A stretch of 64,000 nt of DNA from Octopus sinensis (lineage: Eukaryota), in contig NC_042998.1 in NCBI RefSeq assembly GCF_006345805.1, forward strand, positions 135,284,001 through 135,348,000. Direction: 5' to 3'. Of the stretch, positions 14,764 to 30,714 are shown piece after piece. The position numbers were made by a program, and so were the translations under genes. How positions within the stretch are numbered: the stretch's first letter is position 1; each line of letters begins with the position of its first letter. Under the pieces are notes generated by a model. The model was not told where the DNA came from. It did not search any database and was given only the letters and a program-made list of their open reading frames with translations.

Positions 14764-14936
14764 CCTTAAATGGTAAAACATGCCTTCCACTCCCAGTCAT
14801 CATACCAATATCCTGATGTTCAGACACGAGGAAAGATAACGCTGACTTCAATGCGAAGTGATTGGCTCCGATTACATCCTCTGATGTTTGGTCTAATCAC
14901 GCCTCCTCCGTCTTCTAACTTTTTCGGCATATAAGG
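14764..14936. promoter_or_regulatory. Putative intronic enhancer: perfect CArG CCTTAAATGG (14764-14773), inverted CCAAT (ATTGG 14861-14865), CArG-like GCATATAAGG (14927-14936)
   Basis: Motif cluster in a locally GC-richer island within an otherwise very AT-rich intron. Confidence 0.45.
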
Positions 14937-15458
14937 ATATGAATCTTTTTAGCAACCCCCCTCCTCTATATCACACCTAGCATAGTGCCTTACTAGAGAC
15001 TTAGTCTGTTCTATCAAAGGAATTTTTAAATGATTTTATAAGAACAAGGATCGATTTATTTAAGAAATAAAAATAATTTAAATCTAATTTTTATTTTAAT
15101 TTCATATTCACAGATTAGAATCGTTTAATATTTTAACATTTTTTTTGTTTTTAAGAGTTGGGTTTACATTTTGCTTCTAAGTTTAGAGGGGCTTATTATA
15201 ATACTATTACAAGGATTAATTTATTCGATTAAACTTATCTACTGCTTTCAGGATGCAATATTTGATTTTATCGATATAAATACACCAAAAGCTTGCTTAG
15301 TCATGTTGGGTTTAGGTGTCTCAAGTTTAACGGCAGCTCGCTTGGAAGGGAAATCCGGCTTAAGTTGTAGTAGTTAATATAGAATGCAAACCGAACTACT
15401 AATTACTTCATTTTCATAGGTTTCTCTCATGTCCCATTGTTTGCTTGACGTCACCGAG

Positions 15459-17264
<1,806 letters not shown>

Positions 17265-17796
17265 GAAGTTTACTTTCTTTCTAGCCCTTAACTTAAATTT
17301 TGGAATAACGACGAATACGCTGGACGAAACTTGTAAAATATATATTTCATTGATTGCGTGCTTGGTTACCATAGACACAACAACAAAACCACCCTTTCTC
17401 TCTCTCTCTCAGCGAAGCCGGTTCTTTTAGGATATATTTACCATCTTTTTATATAAGGAAAATAACTTAACATTTGAGAAAGAAAACATCTAAATATGGA
17501 AGACCAGGATGGTCGTATATAACACATATCTGGTATGAAGGCTGTCTGTATAAGGAAAACTAAACTGCTAAAAATCTGAAAAACAAAAAAAAAAAAACTC
17601 AATCCGTATTTAACGGAAAGGGACTTACCAACGTAATAGCATCCAAGATGACGAACTAATTGTAATACCGCCACTAATTAGTAAAGAGCCTCTTGATTTT
17701 AACTGGCAAAAGAAACATCCTCACAATATTTTTTTTATGTTGGGCTAAAATTCCGAAACCTTGGTGCTTGAACAAATATATTTTCAGAAAAAATTA

Positions 17797-17937
17797 AATA
17801 AAAAGCTGATGTTAAATGTCATCGCCACTTTGCTGCGGCAGATCTTCGGATCTGTAAATATGACGATGGATTCAACGTGTTCAAACGTTGCTGCTCGTAG
17901 TTATTAATATTATTATTAAAAAAAACATCGAAATAAA
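17797..17937 (+). promoter_or_regulatory. Candidate actin polyadenylation signals AATAAA (17797-17802 and 17932-17937)
   Basis: Hexamers downstream of the stop; the second is followed by U-rich sequence. Common by chance in AT-rich DNA. Confidence 0.35.
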
Positions 17938-19861
17938 CGTTGGAATTCCCTTTGAAATTAACTTGTCTGCTTTATTATTATTTTTCTTTTGTAAATTTTG
18001 AAAATGTTAAGTAGCTCATTACCTGGATTGTATTTATCTTAAATTTTTAAATATTTATTTAATACTTGATTCATTGTAATCCAGTTACTGAGGTACTTAA
18101 CAACTTGCATGTATTAGTTTTTGGATTTCTTTTTTTTTTTTCTGAGATTGCATGGTGACTTCTTGTACTTTTTTTTTTTTTTTATACACTGGTATGAAAT
18201 ATTTCCAGTAAACTTTGGTCCAGAATTATCACAACTTCTTCTGAGGAATTTGATTGCTAAAGTTCAACTAAGCTAAATGAAACTACTCTTATAAAATGTA
18301 ATGTTATTCAGTAGCGTAATTCTAAGTGGCGTAATGTAATGTAATTCAGTAGCGTAATTCTAAGTGGAATCTTATATAAACGTTGCAGTGTTCATTACAT
18401 AAGTTTGAACATTTCTAAAGCATTCAAGTAAACCTGATAGTTACATTAGTGGCACAAACACAACATAGAATTTCTATTTTCAAATTGAGATACGAATTAA
18501 TGCTAAGGAGCGAAATAGGGATACTTTCAAACTTTGGAACTATGTATTTATAAATATCATATATTTTATACAGGAACTTATTTTTCTTTTCCTTGGTAGT
18601 TATATTAGGCCTGTTTGGTTCCTAGTTGTTGTGAATTGATTTTATTCCAGTTGGAAAGATACGACGTCTGAATGTTTCTCAGGATTGCCGTCTACGAAGA
18701 ACATATCTGGAATTGTCACTGCTACCTAAGATCATCTACTTTTACATGTCACCCACCACCCCACTGGAGTTTTAATGGTTAAATTTCGGGATTGTCTCCC
18801 TTGCCTTTGACAATTATTATTAATTTTGATGATACTCGGTAAAATTGTTTAATAATAATTCGACTAAAGGCTTAGATGCACATATCAACTAATAGAAAGC
18901 CGAGACAGTACCGTTTGTATTGTTAGAAACTTGGCTGGCTACTTTGTCGTAACACGATGACCTTAAAATTGGAAACTTCAGATTAAAGGAGCTACAAAGA
19001 TACGTCAGCTTATGAGGGAATTGTTGTCCAGCCCATTATATAATGATGTAAGCTACTGGATTATCTTGGATATCTGTATCGGCTCCAATCAATTTTTCTA
19101 TCAACGTGACACATTTAGGCAAACCAAAGACTGCATTACTCATGCTTGGCTCTAACATATTCAAAAGAAAGCGTCGCTGCCAAGCCATCTGCTTTGCTTC
19201 CCCTTTCTCACTTAATGTGGAAACCTGCGTGGGTAGAGCCTTCCTTAGATAATGATTCACCATCTTGTTTTCTTCCCTCGATACATAACTGAATGGCAGC
19301 GCGTTTAACAGTTCGGACTTTTCTTGAAAATGTTCAACTTTTCTTTGCAGTGGCTCTAGTTAGCCGATAGGACTTAATGTATAGCATCTACAAATTTTCT
19401 TCTTTGTACGGAATTCTTACCACCACCTTCCCAAGACTTACGGAATTCTACCACCCCAAGACTGGAAACTACTGATTACAAAGATGGCATATAAAACTTA
19501 GATTGGTTTTAGAGTTTCGAATATTTTATATAGCAATTGCCGGTGATTACAGATTTGAAACGAACCGATCACTAGTTCAGAAGATTTCTGTCGGCAAGTG
19601 ACAAGGGAGTGCTTCTACCTCGAAACTTCGGAAAATTTCGGTTTTCTTGACATTACACTGGAACATACATTTATTTATACACACACACACACACACTCAA
19701 TGGTATTCTTTAAAGTTTACGTTGACCAAATTCAACTTAGAAAATATTGGTCAATCCAAGTCTATAGTAGAAGACACTTAGCTAGAATGTATTGCAGACT
19801 GGGAACTAGGACCACGCAGTTGCGAAACAAACTCTTTAATCACATAGCCATATCTCGATAA

Positions 19862-20252
19862 ATCCGATACTCTCTCTTTTACTTGTTTCAGTCATTTGAC
19901 TGCGGCCAGGCTGGAGCACCGCCTTTAGTCGAGCAAATCGACCCCAGGACTTATTCTTTGTAAGCCCAGTACTTATTCTATCGGTCTCTTTGGCCGAACC
20001 GCTAAGTGACGGGGACGTAAATACACCAGCATCGGTTGCCAAGCAAATGCTAGGGGGACAAACACAAACACACACATACATATATACGACAGGCTTCTTT
20101 CAGTTTCCGTCAACCAAATCCACTCACAAGGCATTGGTCGGCCCGGGGCTATAGCAGAAGACACTTGCCCAAGATGCCACGCAGTGGGACTGAACCCGGA
20201 ACCATGTGGTTGGTTAGCAAGATACTTACCACACAACCACTCCTGCACCTAT
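19862..20252 (-). mobile_element. tRNA-derived SINE family C, near full length
   Basis: Reverse complement of the copies at 49492 and 57203 (GGAGTGGCTGTGTGG...GGTTCAGTCCC...GACTGAAACAAGTAAAAGAG). Confidence 0.88.
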
Positions 20253-23200
20253 TTAGAATTAGATAATAATTTGTTTCCCTAATGCTAATTCGGCGACTTA
20301 GTATGGATCTTGATTTGGTGACGTCATAGTATGGGTTTTGATTTGCTGACATCGAAGATCTTCCTTTGCAGTTCGAGTCTTATGATTTCTACGCGTAATG
20401 GTGACGCTGTTATTCAATGTGATTTACATAGGACGAAGTGGTTGCAATGCTAAACCAATGAGGAAGTCTCAAATTTTTGAAACACCAGCCAAAATTGTCT
20501 GTAAATCATAGTTGGAAACATACTGGATAATGTGGCCCTGAACACATTAGGAAAATCAAGACATTAGTGATAGCAAGTTATTCCTTTGATCTTGGGCCAG
20601 CTTGACCAGAGCAACAAATAGATTAAACGTCATTTGGTTCGTTGAATGATATACAACTATTCGGACTGGATTTAAATTCAGAATGTCAGGCCAAATTGTT
20701 AACCAAGCGCAAGCAAGTTTATATATTTGGATAGGGGAAATGTTGGCATTTATAAACTGAAAGAGTAACTAAATACATAGGGCAGTGTAGATATTGGACG
20801 AGGAAGCTTGAATATAAATTTCACGTGTCCGATTGAAACTCAATGCTTCCAGTAATATCTATGAATTCGATTAATACATACAACCCACAGGTCATACGCG
20901 TTATTTTATATTATAACATAAAGATGTGCGTGCGCGCCCCTGGAAAATAATATTTAATGATTCTATTTGTTTACTAACACAAAACTTTTTGAGGATTACT
21001 ATTCGCTGTTCCTGTGACATGTGTACGAGAATAAATGTTATACTTAGAATACACATAATTTAAATAGACAGTCAACACATTCCATCCATTGATTATGTAC
21101 AGTTCAATGTTTAAAGGGAATTTGTTTTAATATCGAGTAAGTGAAGCTTAAGACTCAAGTTTTTACTGACCTCAACACTTCTAGTTATAATTATTATTTC
21201 TGACGAAAAATGACACAGCGCGGTACTACGGATATATGATTAGAATGACACAGGAAAGCATCGCAAGACATACTTCAACCCAAGCCAACCGGCGAGAGAT
21301 CTAGGGATAGAACAAAATAGGTGGATAGTAAACAGTCTCGTTTGGTAACACTTGAGAAGTCACCAGGAATGAATGTGTATTGATGATTACTTCTGATAGG
21401 ACCTAAAGGAGGAGATACCTGAGAACTCAGCACCAACGATCCTTCCAGGAATAAGTGGGCGGAGAAAATGGATGGATGCAAGGCTGGAAAAGATTACATA
21501 GTTATAAAGATAGCTATAGCCGATAAATCGTCTCCAATATTACTTGTCTAGTGCAGAAGGAATTTCTATTCACAATGTAAACAACATACAGTGTTTATCG
21601 ACAATTTCTGCCGTCTGCAATTCTAATATTTACCACTAATTCATATCCGGAAAATTTTGGAAGAAGCTTTGTCCAGCTTCGACCGAACAGAAGTATGTTC
21701 AAAGATTTACCATCTGTGACCACACTGTCCTTTTAAAAAGTGTATAAAGGACCGTTTCCAATGTACTCTATTCTTGTAAGGCAGTAGGGTGCGATTTGAG
21801 AGAGACTAAGCTGATATTTCTAGTAGATACAACGATCGCGTTGCGGCTTCTCCCATGACTCGGATGTGTGGCGTTCATGCTTTCTAAAGGTATCAAGAGA
21901 TGTAAAGCAGTAATAATGCTTGTAACTCGATAATGCTTTGTGATAGCAAACAGTGGTTCGTAAATTGGGATAAGTGATTTTCGCGTGTGACAGCGTCTAT
22001 AAGAACATCGAAACCGAAAAGGCACAAGAGTATTTACTTTTGCTATACTTGGTTGTAACTGTTAGTAGCAGCACTGGTAGTAAATAATAGATAATTATGA
22101 ATGAAGCGAGCGATAGTGCAACACTTGAAGCGTAGTGCTTAGAAGGTAGTAAGCATGTAACCACAGCTGTTAGGACAGGTAGCAGAGAATTTAGAATATC
22201 AGCCCACAGGTGTTTTGAAGAAATGGAGTAGGGGTAGCGAGAGAAACGGGCAACTAGATGTTTCTTAAAATAACATCAAGTAATTAACATACTCATCATT
22301 AAGATTGTAATTAACCAATTACTTCTCCCTTACCCGACACAGTTGGTTCTTTCCTACCAACATTGAACATGTTGCTGTTTTTCTGAATTCAGGTCACGTT
22401 TGATTAGGCAGACTTATGATAAAAGGCCTTTCAATTACGACAATCCTGTCTTTTTAAGGCGTATATAAGACTCTTCATTGTCTTTTCCTTAGTTAAGATT
22501 GTAGGGTGTGAGGTGAAGGATATTTGACCGCTGTTTCTAGCTGGTTGTGTGACCACCTAGAAGCTCTCTCGTTATCAAGGTAGACAAACGATATCAATGT
22601 TTTAGATGTTAAACATTGACTCATCTTAATTTCTCAAGCAATAGTCGACGTTTAGCTATAGGAAGAGTGTTATTTCGCTCCAACCATAACCATCTCGTCT
22701 TTTTCCAGATTAATGTATTTATAGTGTTATTTCTTTTTTTAAGATGGGTGGGTTTGAGAAAATTTGGCTGCTATCTATTTTTAGCCGGTGTATCGACCTC
22801 GTAGTGGCTTCCTCATTGTTCCCTACCCAGAAAGAAGATAAAAATATTTATTCAGCATGTGAAATCATGTGTGTGTGTGTGCGTGCGTGTGTGTGTGTGA
22901 AGCCCGTCGCCAGACTATGATGTCTGGAGGTGCTCCAGAATATTCTGGATGGGCACTAATTTGCAATTATGCTGAAGTGGAGTTTCGAGATAAGTGTATC
23001 ACTGTAAATCTTAGAGAGCACCATTGGATAGTGAGGGGTCAGTGCTATCCAGTGCACCCCTTTAGCGACGGGCATGGTGTGTATATGACGAACACAAGTT
23101 TATATTATTGTGTTGAGTCAAGAGTTTTGCAATATTTCGGTAACTTTTTTTTTTTTGCTTTACTCGTCAGTTTACAACAGAGCTTAGCATTCAAAGTAGA

Positions 23201-23339
23201 GGCCATAGTGTTGCACCGTCTGAAGCCACCTTTCTGCCAATTCTTTGATAGAACTCTTTCACTGAAGCTTCCACCTCCTCTTGCTTGATGAAACGTCGCG
23301 AGCGTGGGAAGCGAGCCAGGGATCAGAACAAGTAATAAT

Positions 23340-23700
23340 CCGAGGGAGCTAGGCTCGGACCATGTCCTGGGTGTGGCATCAGCTCGGTTCTCTCAAGTTA
23401 CTGGAGTTTATCCTGGTCGTTCGAGCAGTATGAGGTCTAGCGTTGTCTTGTAGCAGAAGAGCTCGCTTTTTAAAAATCAATGCCGGATATTTTTCCCGCA
23501 CAATGGCATACATGTTGGCATCGATGGTTCGATCGTCCGGAACGAATTCGTTGTGAATTATCCCATTATAATTCCACCAGACACAAAGCATCAATTTATG
23601 ATCGAAATATCCATGTTTGGCGACAGGTTCCCTTGCTTAACCACTGCTTGTGCATGTTACGTTTGCACAAAAAAATATCTCTCTTGGATAATTATTTGTT
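23340..23700 (-). mobile_element. Mariner transposase remnant
   Basis: MLCVWWNYNGIIHNEF...LLLQDNARPHTA in ORF 23379-23594. Confidence 0.85.
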
Positions 23701-23767
23701 CTGATCCATGGTTCACTACCTGCGCTCGCGACGTTTCATGAAGCAAGGGGAGGTGGAAACTTCAGTG

Positions 23768-23982
23768 AAGCTAGCAGAATCGTTAGCACGCCGGGCAAAA
23801 TGTTTAGCGGCATTTCGTATGTTTGCACGTTCTGGATTCAAATTCCGCCGAGGTCGACTTTGCCATTCATCCGTTCGAGGGTCGATAAATTAAGTACCAC
23901 TTGAACAATAGGGTCGATGTAATCGACTAGCATCTTCCTCAAAATTGCCTGGCCTTGTGCCAAAATTTGAAACCATTATAAT
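23768..23982 (+). mobile_element. SINE family B, CpG-intact
   Basis: GCAGAATCGTTAGCACGCCGGG...TTTGAAACCATTATAATT. Confidence 0.88.
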
Positions 23983-23984
23983 TA

Positions 23985-24430
23985 GGCAGGGAAGTGCCAA
24001 CAGCCGAACCTGCTCGAGATGCTTGCAAGGGGACGAAATGGTCCCGCATGCAATAATTCAGTGTCCGTGCATTAGAGAGTTGTGGGATTGTGTGGAGAAG
24101 CTGTTGTCGCGTGTAAGACGAATTCAGTTGTCTGCCGAGTGTGTAGTGAAGGTCGACGCACCACCTTCTCTTAGCAGAGAAGAAAGGCAGATCTTTCTCA
24201 ACTTAGTGGCTATGGCAAAAGAAGTTGTGTAGTGGATCCGTATGAAAGGTTTGAAGACAAGCACATTCCTATCTGGTCAAACCTTCATCAATTTCTTCAA
24301 ATATCATTTGAAGAGGAAGGTGAGGGTAGAGAAAGAGGTGCTGCCTTCTAGTGTGTTTATCAAAAGGTGGTCGACAGTGGAAAGACTGGTGAGACTGAAT
24401 GGATCTACTCTGAATATGCTTTTCTAAGCA
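23985..24430 (+). mobile_element. L1/Tx1-type LINE ORF2 C-terminal fragment (zf-RVT-like CxxC..H..C)
   Basis: TCSRCLQGDEMVPHAIIQC...RELW...KRW in ORFs 23945-24232 and 24242-24427. Confidence 0.7.
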
Positions 24431-24672
24431 GGAGGAAAGAAACTAGAAGAGGGCACTTTTCCATGCCTTGGAGATGGCAGAGTAATCCGGGATTTCTGTG
24501 TGGGATTTACCTCGGATTACCCTAAGTAGATTGCCTCGCTATTGGGGATTCTATTTAATTATTCATTATTTATTAACCCCACATGCTTTTGTAGTTTTTG
24601 TAATTTGTTTTGTGCTGTAACTCGTCCTTCGATATTGTCCTCCATGTCTTGGGCCCTCGTGGCCAGTAAAAG

Positions 24673-26133
24673 AAATCATCATCATCATCATCATCGTCAT
24701 CATCATCATCATCATCATTATTATTATTATTCTATGTTTGACTTTTGCTTTATATTTGTACAAGTTGGCTCCAAGTCTCACCCAGAGACCTCAAGAGACA
24801 ACAGGTTGGAAGTTCATGTTGTTGTTATGCCTAGTGTGCCATATATTTGGGAGGGGGGGGGAGTTTTTGGTGTTGTACTAATGAATGTCTAAAAAAATTT
24901 TTTTTTTAAACCGAAAATTATGTTTGTTTTAAACCTTGAGATTACATAGAAAGTATTTTGCGTAGGATATGAGCAGTTCCCATGAGCACTATCTTTTGAA
25001 TTTCTACCATTTTGGGGTTTCCTAGTATCTGAGTTAGGTAGCTATCAGCCCCTTTTGCTATCATTCCCAGGTCACCTATGACAACAAGTATTGTTTTAGT
25101 CTTCAGGTTCCACATTTTGCTGATTTCTATTTCAAGATCTTTATATTTGCTCAATTTTTGGTAGGTCTTGACAGATACGTTTATATCGATTGGGACAGTC
25201 ATATCAATGAGGAGGCATGTTCTTTGTTTGAAGTCTTTCAATATGATGTCTGGCCTATTTGCATCTATCTTTCTGTCAGTTTGAATGGTGAAGTTCCAGA
25301 GGAGTGAGATGTGGTCATTTTCAAGCACTGGGGGTGGTTTGTGTTCCCACCAGTTTTTTTCATGGGGAAAATCCAGGTTTTTGCAGATTACCCAGTGAAT
25401 ATATTGTGCAGCTCTATCGTGTCTGTTGAGATACTCTGTAGGTACTAGAAGACTGCACTTGGAGACCACATGGTCAATGGTTTCATTTTGTTGCTGGCAT
25501 ACACGACACGTTGGACTGCTTCTGATCTTTAATATGTTGGCCTGGTAGTTTCTTGTTGGTAGGCATTGATCTTGAGCTGCTATGATAAACCCCTCTGTTT
25601 CAGATTTTAAGCCAGAGGCCATTAGCCATTGATGGGTCAGGGCTTTGTCAACATCTGCATTATTTGCTCTCTTTGGGTATTTGCCATAGAGAGGTTTTTC
25701 TTGCCATTTATCATCCAGAATATCTAAGGCCGCAGATTTAGCACGGGTTTTCATGCGCTTAGCTTTTTCTGTGCCTGTTTCTTGTATGTCTATCTCTAAT
25801 TCCGAAATTTGTTGTATTCGGAATTCACTTAGATATTCCTTTGCCTGTTTTGTTACTGAGTATGATGCTTTCTTGTTTTCATGTTTTGAGACAAGTTTTA
25901 ACATCCAGTCCTCAGAGTTTTTCAGGTAGGTGTCTAGGCCAATTGTAGCAATCTTCATTGTTATTGCCAGTTGTAAAAGTCCACGGCCTTCCTCTTTTCT
26001 TGGCAGATAAAGTCGTTCTATATCTGCCTTAGGGTGGTGCATTCTATGCATTGTCAACAGTTTTCGTATTTTTCTGTCAAGATTACATATTTCAGTAATT
26101 GATCAGTTATTATTATTATTATTATTATTATTA

Positions 26134-26164
<31 letters not shown>

Positions 26165-26165
26165 G
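24673..26165 (-). mobile_element. 5'-truncated R4/Dong-type non-LTR retrotransposon (RT C-terminus, CCHC knuckle, restriction-like endonuclease), flanked by TAA/TGA repeats
   Basis: ORF 24942-26057: HPKADIERLYLPR..GGRG-like motif, CRVC..H..C, RPD..ID..K..KY. The 3' UTR ends in (TAA)n(TGA)n at 24673-24731, and (TAA)n lies at ~26105-26163. Confidence 0.88.
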
Positions 26166-26687
26166 AGTGAGAGAGCAGTGCATGCCATGAAAGTGACACT
26201 GGGGTAAAATATACGAAGCCCAGTATACCCATCATGACTACCCGTCTGATAAGGGTACACTTGGCTCATGCATCACAACCATATGTGCACGATATGGTGA
26301 TCTCATATCAAGATAAACAGCACATGACCTTGCAGGTGGGGCCCAGTTAGAATTTTCTTCTGGTCGAGTATCCCATCCCGCTCAGAAGATCCCTAAATAA
26401 GGGTTATTTAAGGATGTTGAACGAAACACCCATGTTTCCAGAGGTGAATTATTCAAACCCCAAAGAATCCCTCTCAACGCATGGCTATGATGCTCCCCCA
26501 CTACTTCTGCTCGTGATCAGAGATGCACATATCGTAAGCCACTAAGGGACATGCTCAACTGGTTACGGTCAAACAACTGACAAGCAAATCTGTGGTATTG
26601 AGCAGAATATTTTCTGTAGCCCATCTTTTATACCAAGACAAAACATTGTTGTTGTTGTTGTTGTTATTATTATCATTATTATTATTG

Positions 26688-26725
<38 letters not shown>

Positions 26726-26999
26726 AATAATAATAATAATAATAATAATTAAATAATTAAATAATTAATCAATTTATTTATCTGTCATTAATGAACTATT
26801 CAAGGACGCAATAAACATAATGAACTTTCACAGTTAATGAAAGGTGACTCACAACAGTGATATTTTCTAGATTGGGACATAGTTCCGAGTTCAACACACA
26901 GCCTGGCACCTTGGGCAAATATTTTCTGCTATAGCCCTAGGCTGACCAAATTCGTGTGAATGGATATGGTAGACAGAAACTGAAAGAAGCCGATCTTAT

Positions 27000-28065
27000 C
27001 ATCCTCACCATTTAACGTCCGTTGTCCATGCTAGCATGGGTTGGACGGTGTGACCAGAGCTGGCAATTCGAGGAGATACACCAGACTCAATCTGATTTCG
27101 CATGGTTTCTACAGCTGGATGCCTTTCCAAACGCCAATTGCTTTACAGAGTATGCTGGATGCTTTTACGTGGCACCAAACGGACACGTTTACGAGTCGCC
27201 ATACGGGCGCATTTACGTGGCATCACCATGGCTGTTTTAGACAACAAGAAAGATCGGTCTTAGCTCTTCTGCTGCGGGGTACGGGTCTTCCTGAAGACAG
27301 CCAAGCACCAAGTGTCTCGGTCCGTTGTCATCTTGCCTGAAATATTCAACTTTCTGAGGTCGTTCTTCATTACTTTTTCCCACGTCTACCTGGGTCTCCC
27401 ACATCCACGAGTTCCAGCCACTTATAGCGATCGGCACTTCTTTATGGAGCTGTCAGCATCCGTCCGCATCACATGACTAAACCAGTACAGTCTTTTCTCT
27501 TGTACACAACAACAAATTCCTCTTGTGCCTAATTTCTCTCTCAGAATACTGGCATTTTGTCGAACATGTACACTTACATTACACATCCAGCGGAGCACAC
27601 AAACCTCATTCCTTCCTAACCTTCGCAAGTCCTCTGCATTCATGGGCCACGTTTCACTACCATGTAGAATTGCTGACCGTATACATGCATCATACAATCT
27701 TCCTTTCATTCGGAGAGAGAAATCTTTCGTGGCCAACAGAGGTAACAACTCTCTGAATTTTTTCCATCCTATTTGTATTCTAGCTATCACACTCTCCGTG
27801 CATCCTCCCACATAACTGATTTGATTCCCTAAGTAGCAGAAATTATCTACTACCTCTAATGAGCCACCAGAGCATTTGAAAGAATTAATTTCCCGAGTCT
27901 CTAAAGTTTTTAAGGATCTTGTGCATCTTCCACATACGAAAACTATCTTCTCTAATAACTTTCCAATTAACCCACTGCACCTCTTGTGTGTCCATAGCTT
28001 GCACTGGGTACACCATACGGAGATTCTGCCTACACCTTCCCTACAAATCGAACAGGGTCACGTAC
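27000..28065 (-). mobile_element. RTE-clade LINE 3' fragment with 3' UTR
   Basis: ORF 27422-27811 (RIQIGWKKFREL..LYDACIRSAILHGSETW..LRWMC..RLYWFSHVMR) plus a cysteine-rich segment at 27970-28065. Confidence 0.85.
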
Positions 28066-29045
28066 ATGAGTGGGGAAGGTGGGTCAAAAACTGTCTCACA
28101 CTCAAGGCGGTGTGTGCAGGTGCATTGTCGTAATGAAATCACTACTCTCCACTTTGTCACAGGTCGGGGCGTTTTCGTCTCACCGCATCTCGCAAACGCT
28201 TCAGAATTGCCAAGTAAAATATTTGGTTAACAGTTTGACCAGGAGGAACAAATTCTGTGTAGACAATTCCTTTCGCATCGATGAAACAAATCAGCGTCGA
28301 CTTGAAACTGGACTTCACTTGACGCGCTTTCTTGGATCGTGGTGACATTGAATGCTTCCATTGACTTTGTTTCCGGGTCGTAGCCGTAGCACCAACTTTC
28401 GTCACTAGTGTTGATAAAAAAAATGGTCCAGATCAACTTCCAACTGTTCTTTCAGTTCACGACACACATTCAATCGTCATTGCTTTTGATCTTCCGCGAG
28501 CAAGTTAAGCACAAATTTTGCTACAACTCTTTTCATTCACAATTCCTCGTTCAAAATCTGTTGGCAGGAGCTCCAGGACACACCAGTCGTACAAGCAAAT
28601 TCGTCAATTCTTCGGCAACGGTCCTCCAAGATCAGTCCATGAATTCTCGTAGTTTTCATTCTTTCGGGAGGTCGACGGTGGCCCTGAACGAGGTTGGTCT
28701 TCAAGCAGCGAGTGACCATTCCTAAAGTGTGAAAACCACTGTTTTTGTTCATGTCAGCGTTCTTGTAAGCTGTTTGAAGCATAGCAACTGTGTCGGCCGC
28801 TGTTTTCCCTAGCGGAAAAGAGAATTTCACGGAAACACGCTGTTCCTTCGTTTCAGACATCGCAAAAATGAACGAACAGGGGAGAAACACTGCAAAAAAA
28901 TGACGTAGCACGTGGCAGCGGAACTACATTCAACGACGCCGGTCGGCCGACTGATGCCTGAGGGTCGCATTAAATGGCAGAAGTCTAAACTACAACTGGC
29001 TTGCCTCACAGAAAACGTTTTCAGTTCCTTGTGAGTACCTCCACA
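28066..29045 (-). mobile_element. Degraded mariner element, 3'-truncated where it meets the RTE fragment
   Basis: MSETKEQRVSVKF..GKTAADT (ATG at 28860), DESWCYGYDPETK, FIDAKGIVYTEFVPPGQTVN, with frameshifts. Confidence 0.88.
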
Positions 29046-29268
29046 GTACACATATATAGACTTATACATACATATATACTACAACTAGATAGACAGAAGA
29101 CTGACACACACACACATATGTATAATTCAAAATAGTTTGATTTGGATCCTGTGCAACTTCAAGCTTCACAACTCCCTAAGGGAGGCTGTCTCCTCAGGCT
29201 GGTGGGATAATACATGTAACTCCCAATAAATGTGTTGAGTGCCCTTTCTTTCGTTTCTCCACTCACTC

Positions 29269-29337
<69 letters not shown>

Positions 29338-29374
29338 AACAAAACAGGAAATTGGAAATTTTTGAGTATTATTC

Positions 29375-29610
29375 AATCACCATTACATGTGTTTGATTTG
29401 CTAAAAGAAATTACAAAGTTTTACATGTTAGATAGACTTCTAAGGGGTTTCTTATTAGAAATTCTTCAGACAGAGAAATTAAAAAGGTATTAAATAAGTA
29501 TTATTTTTTCTGTCTGAAGAATTCCAAATAGGAAATTCCTTACAAGTATATCTAATGTGTAAATCTTTGTAATTCCTATTACCAAATGAAACTTATGTAA
29601 TGGTGAATAA
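29375..29610. repeat. Old diverged fold-back centred near 29490
   Basis: AATTCTTCAGACAGAGAAA / TTTTCTGTCTGAAGAATT plus patchy outer complementarity. Confidence 0.65.
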
Positions 29611-29962
29611 ATATACCCCAAAATTTCTTATTTTCAGTTTTGTTATACAATAACCCTGCAAACAGTATTTCTATAATTCTTAAATTTAATAAGTATTATC
29701 AACTAACATACAACAGCAAGTGGGACTACATATTAGATTATAAGAATGGATAATAATAGAATAAGCAGATGTCCTTCAAGAGGAAACAGCTGGGAATTAT
29801 CCTAACTACCCCTACATCATATATATAGTAAAAGCAATTAAGATTCAAGTGAGTTCTCTTGAATTCACATGAATGCGGTACTTAACTTAGATGCACCAGA
29901 AATCTATATGGTATTAACCATAAGATAATGCGGTGTGATTATAAACAAGAAAAAAGCAAGAA

Positions 29963-30009
29963 AAATGGATCAATATTTCGGTACAATTGTTTCGTACGAC
30001 GACCAGCTT

Positions 30010-30062
<53 letters not shown>

Positions 30063-30114
30063 TAATAAAGCTGGTCTTCGTACGAAACAATTGTACCGAA
30101 ATATTGATCCATTT
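29963..30114. repeat. Palindrome with ~52-bp arms (1 mismatch) around a (TA)n core
   Basis: AAATGGATCAATATTTCGGTACAATTGTTTCGTACG... is mirrored at 30063-30114. Confidence 0.92.
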
Positions 30115-30559
30115 ATATATATATATAATATATATATATATATATTATATATATGTATACATATATGTATATGCAATAATTATAACGATAGAGAATATGG
30201 AGAGACTGGAACATTCTCAAATTTTATTTCCTTTTATTTCACAATGTCACACAGCATATTCTTATGGTCATATAACCATAGAAATATGCTATATGACATT
30301 GTAAAATAAAAGGAAATAAATTTTGAGGATTCACCAGTCTTGATATTGTCTATTGTTATAATTATTGCAAATATACACTCCAGATAATATTACCACCCAG
30401 TCAAGCGGACAAGAAATTATTCATCTGAGATATTTACAGCATACGTGAGAAATCCTAATAGTCATAGACATTAAATACTAATTGATGCAGTTAGGTGTAA
30501 TGTGCAACATAACTGAGAGCTACCATGATATCTGCCTCGATAATATACCCCTCTAAACT

Positions 30560-30603
<44 letters not shown>

Positions 30604-30714
30604 ACACACACACACACACAACACACACACACAGATATACATATATATATATATATATATACATAGGTGTGTATGTATGTATGTATGTATGTATATATAT
30701 ATATATGTATGTAT

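Noticed and set aside
17315-17395. Beta-actin zipcode-like element (GGAC...ACCACCC)
   Set aside because: The CGGAC element is absent and the spacing is far longer than the bipartite consensus.
29440-29545. CTGAAGA-ATTCCAAATAGGAAA motif in the diverged fold-back
   Set aside because: The GAAA is consumed by the putative stem II and no stem I forms; at best a remnant.
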